64,000 nt of DNA from a virus, in IMG/VR virus record IMGVR_UViG_3300017973_000001, positions 1-64,000 of that record; one strand, 5' to 3'. Positions 30,474 through 40,466 of this stretch are shown piece by piece. Both the position numbers and the translations under genes were made by a program. The notes below the pieces were generated by a model. The model ran no database searches. It had not been told where the DNA came from and saw only the letters and a list, made by a program, of their open reading frames with translations. The stretch's first letter is position 1; each line of letters begins with the position of its first letter.

Positions 30474-31520
30474 ATGAGTTTACTAGAAACATTCGACCTA
30501 GACGTGCTAGAAGTACTTGAAGATTTACGTCTAAACTGGGAAGATAATACCTCTTATACTTACAACCCCAACGCTTTTTCTAGAATAAAAGACAACGGTG
30601 AAAATATTATGTTCTGTTGTCCGGAACATAGTGAAACAAATCCTTCAGCCGGTATAACTACCTCAGCTCCTTATAAGTGGAACTGTTTTGGGTGTGGTGC
30701 AACCGGGACAATTGGTACACTTGTAGCAATTGCATTAGGCATGCCGAAAGGTGCCTCAGCCGATTTTTACATTACTAAAAATTACTTAGTAGTAGAACGT
30801 ATGGAACGAAAAGCAATCGATCTAAATTCTATACTGGATGGCACAGATGATAAAAAATTCCATGTTCATTCAGAAGAAGATATTGCTGAGTTTAAAAGAT
30901 TCAGACATAAGTATTTTGAAACTAGGGGATTTTCTGAACGTACTTTAAGAGTATATGAAGCCGGGTATGACAAAGAAAGTCAATGTATTACTTTACCAAT
31001 TCGTACATCAAAAGGTGAAATTCGCTTTGTAAAGAGACGTAGTGTTCGCAGTAAAATGTTCCTTAATGAGAAAAACGTAGCAAAAAGAGACATTGTGTAT
31101 GGGTTGTACTATATTCTAAATTCCGGAGTCGTTCCTAGAACATTATTCTTAAATGAATCCGAAACAGATACATTGTCTTGCTACGAGGGTGGGTTACTAG
31201 CCGGTTCAATTTTAGGTAGATTACTATTTAAAGAGCAAGTACATGAATTATTATTGGCCGGTGTAAAAGAAGTTAATCTATTTTTTGATAATGACAAATA
31301 CGGTTATGACGCAACATTACAAGCATATGAACTACTTAAAGAAACACCTATTATAGTAAATGTCGTACTTTATCCTGGGGGACATTGGGGGATAGACCAC
31401 ATGGAGGAAAGTATGTACAAAGACGCAAATGAACTACTAAAAGCAAAAAAACTAAAAGAAATAAAAATAATTCCATACATCAAATTCATACAATTAGTAA
31501 AAACAAAAAACATGGTCTAG
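30474..31520 (+). CDS. dnaG: DNA primase (zinc finger plus TOPRIM)
   Basis: CPEH...PS...WNCFGCG zinc finger; ESETD; FFDND; YKDANE. Confidence 0.9.
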   Translation: MSLLETFDLDVLEVLEDLRLNWEDNTSYTYNPNAFSRIKDNGENIMFCCPEHSETNPSAGITTSAPYKWNCFGCGATGTIGTLVAIALGMPKGASADFYITKNYLVVERMERKAIDLNSILDGTDDKKFHVHSEEDIAEFKRFRHKYFETRGFSERTLRVYEAGYDKESQCITLPIRTSKGEIRFVKRRSVRSKMFLNEKNVAKRDIVYGLYYILNSGVVPRTLFLNESETDTLSCYEGGLLAGSILGRLLFKEQVHELLLAGVKEVNLFFDNDKYGYDATLQAYELLKETPIIVNVVLYPGGHWGIDHMEESMYKDANELLKAKKLKEIKIIPYIKFIQLVKTKNMV

Positions 31521-31535
31521 ATAAAGGGGTAGTTA

Positions 31536-32087
31536 GTGATGGCTGAATTAAAATTATCAACAGGTTTAGAAATGGCTGATTTACTAAAGCGTGTAAAAGA
31601 TAAGTGCTCACAAAAATTCAAGCATAAGATTATTGGTTACTTTGATGAGGATGATGTACAACAAGAGGTAATACTGAAGGTATGCCAAGCTCTTGAGAAG
31701 TACGATCCAAAAAAAGCCAAGCTAACTACATTTTTAGATACAGTTATTGAAAATAAAATCAAAGACTGTATGAAACTTATCACAAGTGAGAAAAACAAAG
31801 TAAATACTTTTTCTCCTAGAATTGTTGACAACTATGAAGTAGAAGAAAAAACAGTTATGGATAGTGACTATACTGTATGTGTCGTACAAGAAGATGAGCA
31901 GTTGCAGTTAACTGAGATTGAGGTAGACATTTTACGGAATCCGGATTTAACGGATAAAGAAAAGGCATTTGCTCTATTGAAATTTAGAGGGTATCGTTCG
32001 AGTGATTTAGCTGAAATGTTCGACATAACCAGGGCTCGAACCTCCCAAATAATGCGTGAAGTAAAAGAGAAGTTAGGAGACGTTTAA
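31536..32087 (+). CDS. Phage sigma-70 family factor (regions 2 and 4 only, ECF/SigH-sized)
   Basis: DDVQQEVILK...YDPKKAKLTTFL; C-terminal HTH GYRSSDLAEMFDITRART. Confidence 0.8.
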   Translation: MMAELKLSTGLEMADLLKRVKDKCSQKFKHKIIGYFDEDDVQQEVILKVCQALEKYDPKKAKLTTFLDTVIENKIKDCMKLITSEKNKVNTFSPRIVDNYEVEEKTVMDSDYTVCVVQEDEQLQLTEIEVDILRNPDLTDKEKAFALLKFRGYRSSDLAEMFDITRARTSQIMREVKEKLGDV

Positions 32088-32167
32088 TTAACGTCTCTTT
32101 TTTTCGTATAAGGACAATGAGGGGTATAAATCCCATCACAATCCAACGAAAAAAGGAGACAAAAAAC

Positions 32168-32740
32168 ATGGCAATTATGAAGGGCTTTACTGCAATTAAA
32201 GAAGAACAAAAAAAGGGTATTCCTACACTAAAATTAAAAGATGGTGAAGGAGCAGTTATTCGCTTCATTCAAGACCCATCTGAAATTATTTCAGTTTACG
32301 AATACACTGAGCAAATCGGTGGACGTTGGGTAACGTTTACGGCTCCGGAATATAATGAGGACCCTATGCGAGCTATGGGTAAGAAACCTTCATTTAAAAC
32401 TTACTTCCTGGTAGCTGACCGTTCTGACGAAGATCGTGTTAAAATCTTCAAAGCTTCTAAAACAGTTGGTGGAGCTATCACTGGATTACTAGAAGAATAC
32501 GGGGATTTACGTGACCGTGACTTTAAAATTGTACGTCAAGGTGAGAAGTTAAAAACTACTTATCAATTCTTCCCTAAAGATAAGTCTAAATTTGAGTTAT
32601 CTGAAGATGTTGAACTACCTAACTTAGAGGAAATGCTTACACCAAAAACAAGAGAAGAAATTCTTGCTATCATGAATAGTGATTACTCTGAAGCAAACGA
32701 GGGTGGCTCTGAATCAAAAGATAGCGATTTCCCATTCTAA
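32168..32740 (+). CDS. Phage single-stranded DNA-binding protein (gp32-like)
   Basis: Likely start 32168 after AAGGAG; RDFKIVRQGEKLKTTY; acidic tail ending DSDFPF. Confidence 0.8.
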   Translation: MAIMKGFTAIKEEQKKGIPTLKLKDGEGAVIRFIQDPSEIISVYEYTEQIGGRWVTFTAPEYNEDPMRAMGKKPSFKTYFLVADRSDEDRVKIFKASKTVGGAITGLLEEYGDLRDRDFKIVRQGEKLKTTYQFFPKDKSKFELSEDVELPNLEEMLTPKTREEILAIMNSDYSEANEGGSESKDSDFPF

Positions 32741-32886
32741 TGTATACCTGTGTACAGTGTCAGAAACCGTTAGGGTGGAGTGGGGACCATGAAACTTTCG
32801 AAGGAGTATTCTATGCTGAGTATTCGTGTAGAGATTGCCAATTATTTGTGACAATCACTCCTTATGACGAAGATGAAGAAGAATGA
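32740..32886 (+). CDS. 48-aa zinc-ribbon protein (not in ORF track)
   Basis: MYTCVQCQKPL...YSCRDCQL...EDEEE; TAATG overlap with ssb stop. Confidence 0.65.
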   Translation: MYTCVQCQKPLGWSGDHETFEGVFYAEYSCRDCQLFVTITPYDEDEEE

Positions 32887-32961
32887 TATAATGTATTTGT
32901 ATGGACTATAGTTTAAATCTCCCAGGTCTTAAAGTGTATCCATAAATAAAGGGCGTACTCA

Positions 32962-33162
32962 TTAGAGTACGTCTTTTTTATGTACTTTTTTATTGTAATA
33001 CGTAATAAAGAATACTTGTGATGACATGAAAATTATAATCATTAAATCTATGTATATTTTATCCGGAATATGTGGAAAAAAATAAAGAATCATAAAACTT
33101 ATCACAAGTGCAACTAAAGGGGGAAGTATCGCCCTAAATAATAATTCTTTTAATTTATTCAA
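32962..33162 (-). CDS. Small 2-TM membrane protein, paralog of 44502..44699
   Basis: About 37/65 identical to the paralog; RBS AAGGAG; TTG start. Confidence 0.75.
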   Translation of the reverse strand: MNKLKELLFRAILPPLVALVISFMILYFFPHIPDKIYIDLMIIIFMSSQVFFITYYNKKVHKKDVL

Positions 33163-33288
33163 ATTCTTACTCCTTTACTCTACTTATGTAATACTCCTCA
33201 AAATTCTAACACAAATCAATAGGTTTCTCCTACATTACTTAACTATTATTCTTCCACTTTCTTATAAATTAAGTGGGAGGTTGAACGG

Positions 33289-35532
33289 ATGGATATAGAT
33301 GAAATTTTAGCAGTAAGAGACGAAGCGATTGAAACTACTAAAAAAGAAAAGAAATTACCTTCTAGAAAAAAAGCCAAAGTTAAAAAGCTAACTAAAAAAG
33401 AATTGGCTATTAGAGAGCTAGCTAGTAATACAGTTACACCGGATCACTATGAAACGGTATGGACTGAAGAACAGTTGCACAAAATGATAGAGTTCTTAAA
33501 TGGTCATGAATATATAGCTTTAGATACAGAAACAATGGGCCTTACCTGGATGACGGATGAGATTGTTGGTCTGTCAGTGTATGCTCCACACAAAGGTTAC
33601 TACATTCCACTTAAGCACTACCAGGATATAAACATCAATGAAGAAGAACGAGAGAAACTAAAGCAAATAGAAAGTCCAATTTTAGGTACTGATTACGTAG
33701 AGTGTTTACCTAAAGACGTTGTAATAAAAGCTCTGAAGCCGTTAATTGAGGACGGGGGTAAGAAGTGGATATTTCACAACTACAAGTTCGACTTTCACAT
33801 AATGAATAAATGGATGGGAATTAAATTAGATTGCCATTTTGATACTATGATTGCCCAAGCATTACTAGATGAAAACCACTCAAAAGCACTTAAGGATATG
33901 GCCGTAACATATCTGAAGGTACCGGCTGACCGTTACGGAACAATTTTCGGTAAAACTACATTTGATAGAGTTCCAATACTAGAGAGTCAAATTACTAGAG
34001 CCGGAAATCTAGCAACTTATTACGCAACAAAAGACGTTGAGCTTACATTTAATATGTTCCGTTTCCAGGAGAAGCACCTTAACCATCCTAGTCTAGAAAA
34101 GATTAATAAATTATTTTACGAAATAGAGATACCTTTCTTAAAAATAGTGCGTGACGCTGAGACCTATGGTGTAAAGCTAGATTCTGACTATTTAATTAAC
34201 GTGGTGGGGAAAGAGCTTAACGCTGAACTTGAAGAACTACGTCAAAAGATATGGGCGATTACTGGACAGATTAACCTTAATTCACCAGTTCAGCTATCGA
34301 AGGTTTTATATGGAGACTTGAAACTACCTAGAGTAAACAATAAGAAAGGTGACTCTACTGATAAGAAAACTCTTAACAAGCTAAAGGGCCATCATCCAGT
34401 AGTTAAAATGATCTTGGACTACCGAGAGAAAACAAAACTAAGTACTGCGTTCGTAGAAAAGCTACCTAAAAAGGCAGTAAATGGGCGAATACATACTAGT
34501 TTTAATCCAGTTGGAGCAAAGACTGGAAGAATGTCGTCCCGTGATCCGAACTGTCAGCAAATCCCGGCCCGTCTAGGAAACTTAATTCGAAATGCTTTCA
34601 TATCTGATGAAGGTAGATTGCTAGCTTCAATCGATTTTAGTCAGCAAGAACTACGTGTGCTAGCTCATATTTCAAAAGACCCCGTGCTCCTGGACGTATA
34701 TAAAAACGGCAAAGACGTACATAGTCAGACGGCAGTATCTATGTACAACATTCAAAATCCACGTAACCAAGTAACGTATGAGAATTTTGAGTACTGCCGA
34801 AATATGATGGGGAACTTCCAGGATGAGGATGGGAAACTAGATAAGTCGCTATTAAATGACAGCAAGTATAAAGATAAATTATTTGCTGAAGGAACAATTA
34901 ATACTACTGATACGGATATTCTGATTGGTGATTGTGAGAAAGGTATTAAATTTGAGAAAATTCGCAAAAATGCAAAAACTGTCAATTTTGGGATTGTGTA
35001 TGGTATGGCAGAATTTACACTGGCCGAAAATTTAGAAATATCCGTTGAAGAAGCAGTTCAGTATATTAAGGCTTATTTTGCTCAATACCCTAACGTTAAA
35101 AAAGAAATGAAAGTCCAACATAAAAAGATCGCACAAGTCAAATACGTTGAGACATTACTAGGTAGAAAAAGACGTTTCCATAAGGTAATGAAGGAAGGCG
35201 AGTTTTGGCAAATCGCTTCAGCAGAGCGTCAATGCTTCAACGCAATTATACAAGGCTCAAGCGCAGATATGGTAAAGCTTGCAAGTATCAAACTCCAAAA
35301 ATTACTGAAGGAATTAGATGTACGAATTGTTCTATGGGTGCATGATGAAATTATTTTTGATGTACCGGAAAATATTGGAATGGACAACCTTAGACGAATT
35401 GCTGAGATTATGTGTACGGCCTTACCTCTTGATTGTGGCTTAAAAAGTGATATTGAGGTTGGGAAGAAGTGGGGTCAAAAACTTAAAGAAGATGAGCTAA
35501 ATGAATTAGCTGACTTATTCGAGGATGAGTGA
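33289..35532 (+). CDS. polA: Family A DNA polymerase with 3'-5' exonuclease
   Basis: ExoI DTET; TGRMSS; motif A DFSQQELR; motif B KTVNFGIVYG; motif C VHDE. Confidence 0.97.
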   Translation: MDIDEILAVRDEAIETTKKEKKLPSRKKAKVKKLTKKELAIRELASNTVTPDHYETVWTEEQLHKMIEFLNGHEYIALDTETMGLTWMTDEIVGLSVYAPHKGYYIPLKHYQDININEEEREKLKQIESPILGTDYVECLPKDVVIKALKPLIEDGGKKWIFHNYKFDFHIMNKWMGIKLDCHFDTMIAQALLDENHSKALKDMAVTYLKVPADRYGTIFGKTTFDRVPILESQITRAGNLATYYATKDVELTFNMFRFQEKHLNHPSLEKINKLFYEIEIPFLKIVRDAETYGVKLDSDYLINVVGKELNAELEELRQKIWAITGQINLNSPVQLSKVLYGDLKLPRVNNKKGDSTDKKTLNKLKGHHPVVKMILDYREKTKLSTAFVEKLPKKAVNGRIHTSFNPVGAKTGRMSSRDPNCQQIPARLGNLIRNAFISDEGRLLASIDFSQQELRVLAHISKDPVLLDVYKNGKDVHSQTAVSMYNIQNPRNQVTYENFEYCRNMMGNFQDEDGKLDKSLLNDSKYKDKLFAEGTINTTDTDILIGDCEKGIKFEKIRKNAKTVNFGIVYGMAEFTLAENLEISVEEAVQYIKAYFAQYPNVKKEMKVQHKKIAQVKYVETLLGRKRRFHKVMKEGEFWQIASAERQCFNAIIQGSSADMVKLASIKLQKLLKELDVRIVLWVHDEIIFDVPENIGMDNLRRIAEIMCTALPLDCGLKSDIEVGKKWGQKLKEDELNELADLFEDE

Positions 35533-35801
35533 TTATGTCATATTACTATATTGGTTCTAGGTACAAACAATATAATACGGCTTTTGATTTAAGAGAGTTT
35601 AATAGATATAAATTTTGCCCTCATTGTGGTCAAGGTGGATTCCTAAAAGTAATGGATGATCCGAAAACACCTTCAGTATTCTGTTTCAACTGTAGTTGGG
35701 AGCACAAAATGATTAATCTTGATTACCTGGAAGGGTGCAAGAAGTGGAAAGAGGGGGAACCAGGTGGGCCTAAAAGGTTTAGTAAAAAAGATAAAGAATG
35801 A
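35529..35801 (+). CDS. Zinc-finger hypothetical protein
   Basis: CPHC...CFNC. Confidence 0.55.
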   Translation: MIMSYYYIGSRYKQYNTAFDLREFNRYKFCPHCGQGGFLKVMDDPKTPSVFCFNCSWEHKMINLDYLEGCKKWKEGEPGGPKRFSKKDKE

Positions 35802-36570
35802 GTCAAAAGAAAAAAGCTTTGAAATGCGCTACCTAGAAGCAATAGACAAATACCTGGTAGAGCCTAAAGGTGAGCAAAAGAAAGTACGCTTAGCATTTAG
35901 ACCATCATCTTATTACAAGTGTCAGCGTATGGTTTATTACTTCTTAAATGGAGTTCCAGAAAAGAATAAAAAACCGGCTAGGATACAACGTATTCTTGAT
36001 ATTGGAACTATTACACATGAATGGATACAAGAAGATGTGCTAATGAACATGTGTACAGTTAAACCACTGTCAGTAGAAGAAATTCCTACTTATGGGGAGA
36101 TAGGTATTGAGTTCATACGTGAACACGGTTCAGCTCCTATTGAAATTAAATTCGTTGATAAAAGATGGACTGCTAGATACCCAGTTTCGGCTATGGTGGA
36201 TGGGTTTTTAGAGTTCGAAAACATGAACTTCCTATTTGAATTTAAAACTATTAACCCTAAAGACTTTGAAACTCTTATCGAGCCTCTAATGGAGCACATT
36301 AAACAAGGGGCCATTTACGCTTTATGTACTGGTGTAAGACAAGTAATGTTCCACTATATTAATAAAGGCAACCAGGAGTGGAAAGCTTTCTTAGTTAAAT
36401 ATACTGATGAACAACTTGAGTGGGTAATTGAACGCATACAGACCATTGAAGGTTATGTAATGAAGAACGAACTTCCGGAAAAGGAAGTTAGTACTAAAGA
36501 TTGTCGCTACTGCTCATTTAAAAATATGTGTGGTAAAGAAATTAATCCGGAGGTAAAACATGAAAATTAG
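35764..36570 (+). CDS. Cas4-like / PD-(D/E)XK exonuclease
   Basis: Probable GTG start 35764; PSSYYKCQR, GTITH, VDG...EFKT, QGAIY, CRYCSFKNMC. Confidence 0.85.
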   Translation: MGLKGLVKKIKNESKEKSFEMRYLEAIDKYLVEPKGEQKKVRLAFRPSSYYKCQRMVYYFLNGVPEKNKKPARIQRILDIGTITHEWIQEDVLMNMCTVKPLSVEEIPTYGEIGIEFIREHGSAPIEIKFVDKRWTARYPVSAMVDGFLEFENMNFLFEFKTINPKDFETLIEPLMEHIKQGAIYALCTGVRQVMFHYINKGNQEWKAFLVKYTDEQLEWVIERIQTIEGYVMKNELPEKEVSTKDCRYCSFKNMCGKEINPEVKHEN

Positions 36571-36781
36571 TCTTTCTAATGCAGAAATTAATGATTCAAT
36601 TCGTCTTTACTTAGCTACTGTATACGGGATCACACTAGAGAAATCTTCATATATCTCTTTTCGAAATGATATGGATGAGACAGTTCCTTTATTATCGGCT
36701 ACTTGTTGGGTAGATGAGCGTACTGTTGAATTGAGGGAAAACCGTGAAATATCCACTTCTATTAAACTACCTGGTAATTAA
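36560..36781 (+). CDS. Hypothetical protein
   Basis: RBS GGAGGT. Confidence 0.6.
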   Translation: MKISLSNAEINDSIRLYLATVYGITLEKSSYISFRNDMDETVPLLSATCWVDERTVELRENREISTSIKLPGN

Positions 36782-36919
36782 TCTAGTTGGTTGCTACTTA
36801 GCAGTTCAGATTATGCTTCAATTACTGAAGTATAAAACAAATAAACGCACTAGTCGTATTTATATATTGATGTACTATTACTTACTTTGTACATTGTTTC
36901 AAGTGAGGGGGGACAAGAC

Positions 36920-37264
36920 GTGGCTGATAAATTGTGGAAAGCTTTTGAGCGAAAAGTTGGTAAAGATATATTTGATGGTTCAAAACGTAATATCGGCAGT
37001 GGGGCCATCAATAGTACTGATGAAGGTACTCCTCGTAGTGGTGATGTGATCCATCCTACTTACGAGATCGAGTGTAAAGTCTATTCAAAGATAGCGATTT
37101 TTCGTTGGTGGGACAAGCTGAAGGTGGAGGCTCAAAACACTAAGAAAATTCCGGTCCTGGTAATGCGTGAGAAAGGTAATGCCAAAGATGTTTTAGTTGC
37201 AGTGCACTACCAGGATTTTGTAAAAATGAAAGAAAGTTGGGAACGTGAGAATGGATTACGATAA
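36920..37264 (+). CDS. Holliday junction resolvase-like PD-(D/E)XK nuclease
   Basis: GTG start after GAGGGGG; FER, GSGA, GDV, IECK. Confidence 0.75.
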   Translation: MADKLWKAFERKVGKDIFDGSKRNIGSGAINSTDEGTPRSGDVIHPTYEIECKVYSKIAIFRWWDKLKVEAQNTKKIPVLVMREKGNAKDVLVAVHYQDFVKMKESWERENGLR

Positions 37265-37454
37265 ATGGAAAACAACTCAATACACCGACAAGCTATTTAC
37301 TTACTGTACTTATTGTGGTGAGGCTATCTATCATGGTGAAGAATGTTTAAAAGGCGACTTTGACGGTATTGATGAGTACTTACATGAAGATTGTCTAACT
37401 GACTTTACTAACGAACGTTTTAGAATACATAGTGTAATTGGAGGGGAAGAATAA
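37245..37454 (+). CDS. Small zinc-binding phage protein
   Basis: MDYDKWKT; CTYCGEAIY...HEDC. Confidence 0.6.
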   Translation: MRMDYDKWKTTQYTDKLFTYCTYCGEAIYHGEECLKGDFDGIDEYLHEDCLTDFTNERFRIHSVIGGEE

Positions 37455-37987
37455 TGGAACATTGGCAAGTAGTCGATAGCGTAAATCAATATGAATCAAG
37501 AGCATTAGTTGACGCTAATCTGAAGAAAGCCGGTTTACCGTTACCTCCAAAGCCACAAAATGCTGAGAACTTATACCAGGAGTGGGAAATGATTAAAGGT
37601 AAACATGGTGGGGTGGCCAACATTCCTTTTAGGGAATTAGGTGACTTTTTGGACAAGTGGACGGGGCTAGTTTCCTATGCTCGTTGGGTTGAAGCAATAG
37701 CTGACATAGATATGCAGACTGCTAGAGAAATAAGGGACACAATTAAAAAACAATTGTTCACACTACAACCTGGGGGACGGGAGCAAAAAGACGCTCTTGT
37801 TCAAACTGACCCTTTATATATTAAGTATGAAGTTACGTTTACTAAGAATTTAGCTATGTATACTGCGACAAAAGCTCTTAGGGAAGGGTATGAATATCGT
37901 ACTAATTCTATCTCAAGGGAAATAACTCGTAGAGGTAATGATATTTCAGATACTAGACGTAGTAATAATAGAGGTTCTACCGTGTAA
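37454..37987 (+). CDS. Helical protein, possibly a UvsY-like recombination mediator
   Basis: EQKDALVQTDP...SREITRR; recombination gene context. Confidence 0.4.
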   Translation: MEHWQVVDSVNQYESRALVDANLKKAGLPLPPKPQNAENLYQEWEMIKGKHGGVANIPFRELGDFLDKWTGLVSYARWVEAIADIDMQTAREIRDTIKKQLFTLQPGGREQKDALVQTDPLYIKYEVTFTKNLAMYTATKALREGYEYRTNSISREITRRGNDISDTRRSNNRGSTV

Positions 37988-37990
37988 ATA

Positions 37991-38019
37991 TTGACTATAA
38001 GCACATAATAGGCTATAAT
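37991..38019 (+). promoter_or_regulatory. SigA-type promoter
   Basis: TTGACT-N17-TATAAT. Confidence 0.8.
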
Positions 38020-38024
38020 GAAGG

Positions 38025-38122
38025 CCGACATACATAGAATAAAGTTCTCTTATTTTCATTGTCTTTGAAACATGCTTCTATGAAAAAATCCTTCTACTTA
38101 TGGTGGGTAGAGGGATTTTTTT
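38025..38122 (+). ncRNA. Candidate ~95-nt sRNA
   Basis: Near-consensus promoter, no ORF with RBS, terminator AATCCTTCTAC...GTAGAGGGATT-TTTT. Confidence 0.5.
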
Positions 38123-38264
38123 ATGGAAATAAAAATGACTCAAACCGGAGGGAATGAGCCATCTTTTGTAAGTAGTTATCGGTTAAAGCGATAACGCTAA
38201 TGAAAACTTCTACTAACTGTAGTTTAACCTAAAATATATAAGAGGTCAACTGGGGGAAAATAAC

Positions 38265-38714
38265 ATGGCAAAGAAAAATGTTGTATCAAAAGAATTACTG
38301 GAAAAGTTCAACGTATGGAGAAAAGAATCACGAAAATTAGAACGTGAGATAGAAATATTTGTTGAGAATAAAAAACAACAAATAAAAATAGAATTGATGG
38401 AACTATTTGATGACAGAAAAGAAGAAATAATGGATAGAAAAGCTGACATTTGGGATGAGGTTTATGCTGAGCTAGGACTTAATCCGGACCAACCACATAC
38501 AATCGACGCTAGAACTGGTGAAGTAAAACTTGATACGGATGAAGAAGTAGAAATTAATGGTAAAGACTTAGCTCAATTTTTAGGTAAACTTATTGGTGCT
38601 AAGCCAGGTAATATTAAAAAAGCTACTGCTAAAGTTAGAAAGACACCGGAGACTGCCAAAGGACAAGTAGTTGATTTATTCAATGGTGATAAAGGTAACG
38701 ATAACGTACATTAA
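38265..38714 (+). CDS. Hypothetical protein
   Basis: RBS GGGGG, ORF. Confidence 0.65.
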   Translation: MAKKNVVSKELLEKFNVWRKESRKLEREIEIFVENKKQQIKIELMELFDDRKEEIMDRKADIWDEVYAELGLNPDQPHTIDARTGEVKLDTDEEVEINGKDLAQFLGKLIGAKPGNIKKATAKVRKTPETAKGQVVDLFNGDKGNDNVH

Positions 38715-38726
38715 TAGGAGGGCGCA

Positions 38727-39053
38727 TTGTTGAAAGAGTTTAATTGGTTTAAAAATAAAAGGTTTAATATTCTTCAGTGCGTCAACGGTAGAGTCTACGT
38801 TTACATTAGTCCGTTAATATATGGGTGGCAAGCTCAAATGTACCAACGTGGGAATGTTAGTATGTGTGAGCTTGAAGTAAGGACTTCCAATACTGGCGCT
38901 CCTGGTCTTGAAAAGATGAAAGAGATTGCTGAGCAGTGGTTAACTCAATATGCTGACGGTGATGTAGATAGATATTCAAAAGATAAATACAATATAGCTA
39001 ATCCGAACGGTGTATGGGGGAAAGATCGTGGAAGAAAAGAATATTGGATATAG
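38727..39053 (+). CDS. Hypothetical protein
   Basis: RBS AGGAGGG, TTG start. Confidence 0.6.
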   Translation: MLKEFNWFKNKRFNILQCVNGRVYVYISPLIYGWQAQMYQRGNVSMCELEVRTSNTGAPGLEKMKEIAEQWLTQYADGDVDRYSKDKYNIANPNGVWGKDRGRKEYWI

Positions 39054-39495
39054 TAATCAACATACTAATAAACATATACGTATGCTTAAGATGTTTACAA
39101 TCATCTTAGCAGTATACTTAGCAGTGACAATTATAACTGGCATTATTGCAGTAGGGTTCAGTGTTAAATGGGCTGATTCACTATCAAAGTATGTTTCATT
39201 AGTCGGTAGTGCATTAGTTATAGGATTCATTATTGCTTCAGTCAGAAATTATTTAGCTAGCTCTAAAGAGTCTGAGCGTAGGCAAGAAGAATTACGTAGG
39301 GACTTAGAAAAGTTTGAAGAAGAAAATAAACAAAGGTTCCTTGACTTAGGTTTACCATTTAAAGACCCGGAGGATTTAGATGAATGGTTTGACCATAAAA
39401 AGTCACGTAGGATTGTTGTTTCAGTAAATTCAATTGCAATCCTTGTAAACGTTATAATTTTAATTAAAGATATTTATGAGATATGGTTTAAATAA
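39010..39495 (+). CDS. Membrane protein (3 predicted TM segments)
   Basis: Hydrophobic segments. Confidence 0.6.
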   Translation: MYGGKIVEEKNIGYSNQHTNKHIRMLKMFTIILAVYLAVTIITGIIAVGFSVKWADSLSKYVSLVGSALVIGFIIASVRNYLASSKESERRQEELRRDLEKFEEENKQRFLDLGLPFKDPEDLDEWFDHKKSRRIVVSVNSIAILVNVIILIKDIYEIWFK

Positions 39496-39695
39496 GTTGT
39501 TTTTGAACTTTTTAATGTAGGTTTAACCTTGATTTAATGATACTTTTGGTCCATACTGAAATAGGTAATTTTTTTCCAATTTTATTATATAGGGAGATAG
39601 GGTTAAATTATCCTATCTCTTTTTAATGTAAAAATTTTATTGAAGTCCCCACTGTTTAATTGTATTAATGCAACTAGATTATAGGAGTTAATAAA

Positions 39696-39992
39696 ATGAC
39701 TGAAGAAGAATACTTACAGTACTGGAAAAACCTATGGGCTGAAACGAACAAAGAAAATATAATATTGGAGAAGAAATTACAACTAGCTGAAAGAAAAATT
39801 AAGTATTTAACATATGATAGAGTTAAATATGATCCATATGAAGAACTTAGAAAACTTCAAGGAGAAATGGCTAAACTATTCGCAACACTCGAAGATATAT
39901 TTTTAATAGATTTAATGCAGTATTCACGAAAAGAAATAAAACAAAAAGCTAGGGAAGCTCTTGGGAGGGGTAAATTTTATGGAGAGAATTGA
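39696..39992 (+). CDS. Hypothetical coiled-coil protein
   Basis: RBS AGGAG. Confidence 0.6.
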   Translation: MTEEEYLQYWKNLWAETNKENIILEKKLQLAERKIKYLTYDRVKYDPYEELRKLQGEMAKLFATLEDIFLIDLMQYSRKEIKQKAREALGRGKFYGEN

Positions 39993-40218
39993 CATTATAC
40001 GTGAACATATGACGCTAAATTGGACTGAAGAACAACAAGACAAACTTAGTAAAATTTATAGCTTAGTTTATGAGCTAATGTTTGAATTAGATAGTGATAA
40101 AGATAAGATAGATGAATTAAAAGCTATGTCTATGGTTTATGTACAAATTGAACCTATTATCTCAGGGGTTTGTATAAAACAATTTATTGGAGGAATGAAG
40201 GAGAAAGGTAACTATTAA
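39979..40218 (+). CDS. Hypothetical protein
   Basis: Probable ATG 39979 after GGGAGGGG. Confidence 0.55.
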   Translation: MERIDIIREHMTLNWTEEQQDKLSKIYSLVYELMFELDSDKDKIDELKAMSMVYVQIEPIISGVCIKQFIGGMKEKGNY

Positions 40219-40237
40219 GTTACCTTTTTCTGATTCT

Positions 40238-40265
40238 AGTAGACATAATGTTTATTATAGGAAGT
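40238..40265 (-). other. dif: Bacillus-type dif (Xer recombination) site
   Basis: Reverse complement ACTTCCTATAA-TAAACA-TTATGTCTACT vs B. subtilis dif ACTTCCTAGAA-TATATA-TTATGTAAACT. Confidence 0.88.
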
Positions 40266-40466
40266 TCTAAAAATAGCAAAAAGAGGGGACTTTTAGGTAA
40301 AATCCGAACAATTTTTGTTCCAGGTTTAACGGCCAAGTGATTTTTCCGAACGATTTTGAAGATCCCTGGATTCCGGAATTACCTAAAACCCGAACTATGA
40401 AAATATCGGTTTAACCTATTATTCTATGCTATAATTTACATATTACATAGTAAGGATGGTAGCAAC

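Noticed and set aside
30268-32220. Other in-frame A AAA AAG heptamers (30106 ORF; ssb)
   Set aside because: The -1 frames close within a few to ~12 codons and encode nothing recognisable
35764-36570. Cas4-like gene as evidence of CRISPR-Cas
   Set aside because: No repeat-spacer array or other cas genes; a common phage recombination nuclease
36744-37049. 101-aa ORF spanning an intergenic gap
   Set aside because: No RBS and overlaps two better-supported genes
40306-40320. GAAC...GTTC as SOS (Cheo) box
   Set aside because: Spacer is 7 nt, not 4
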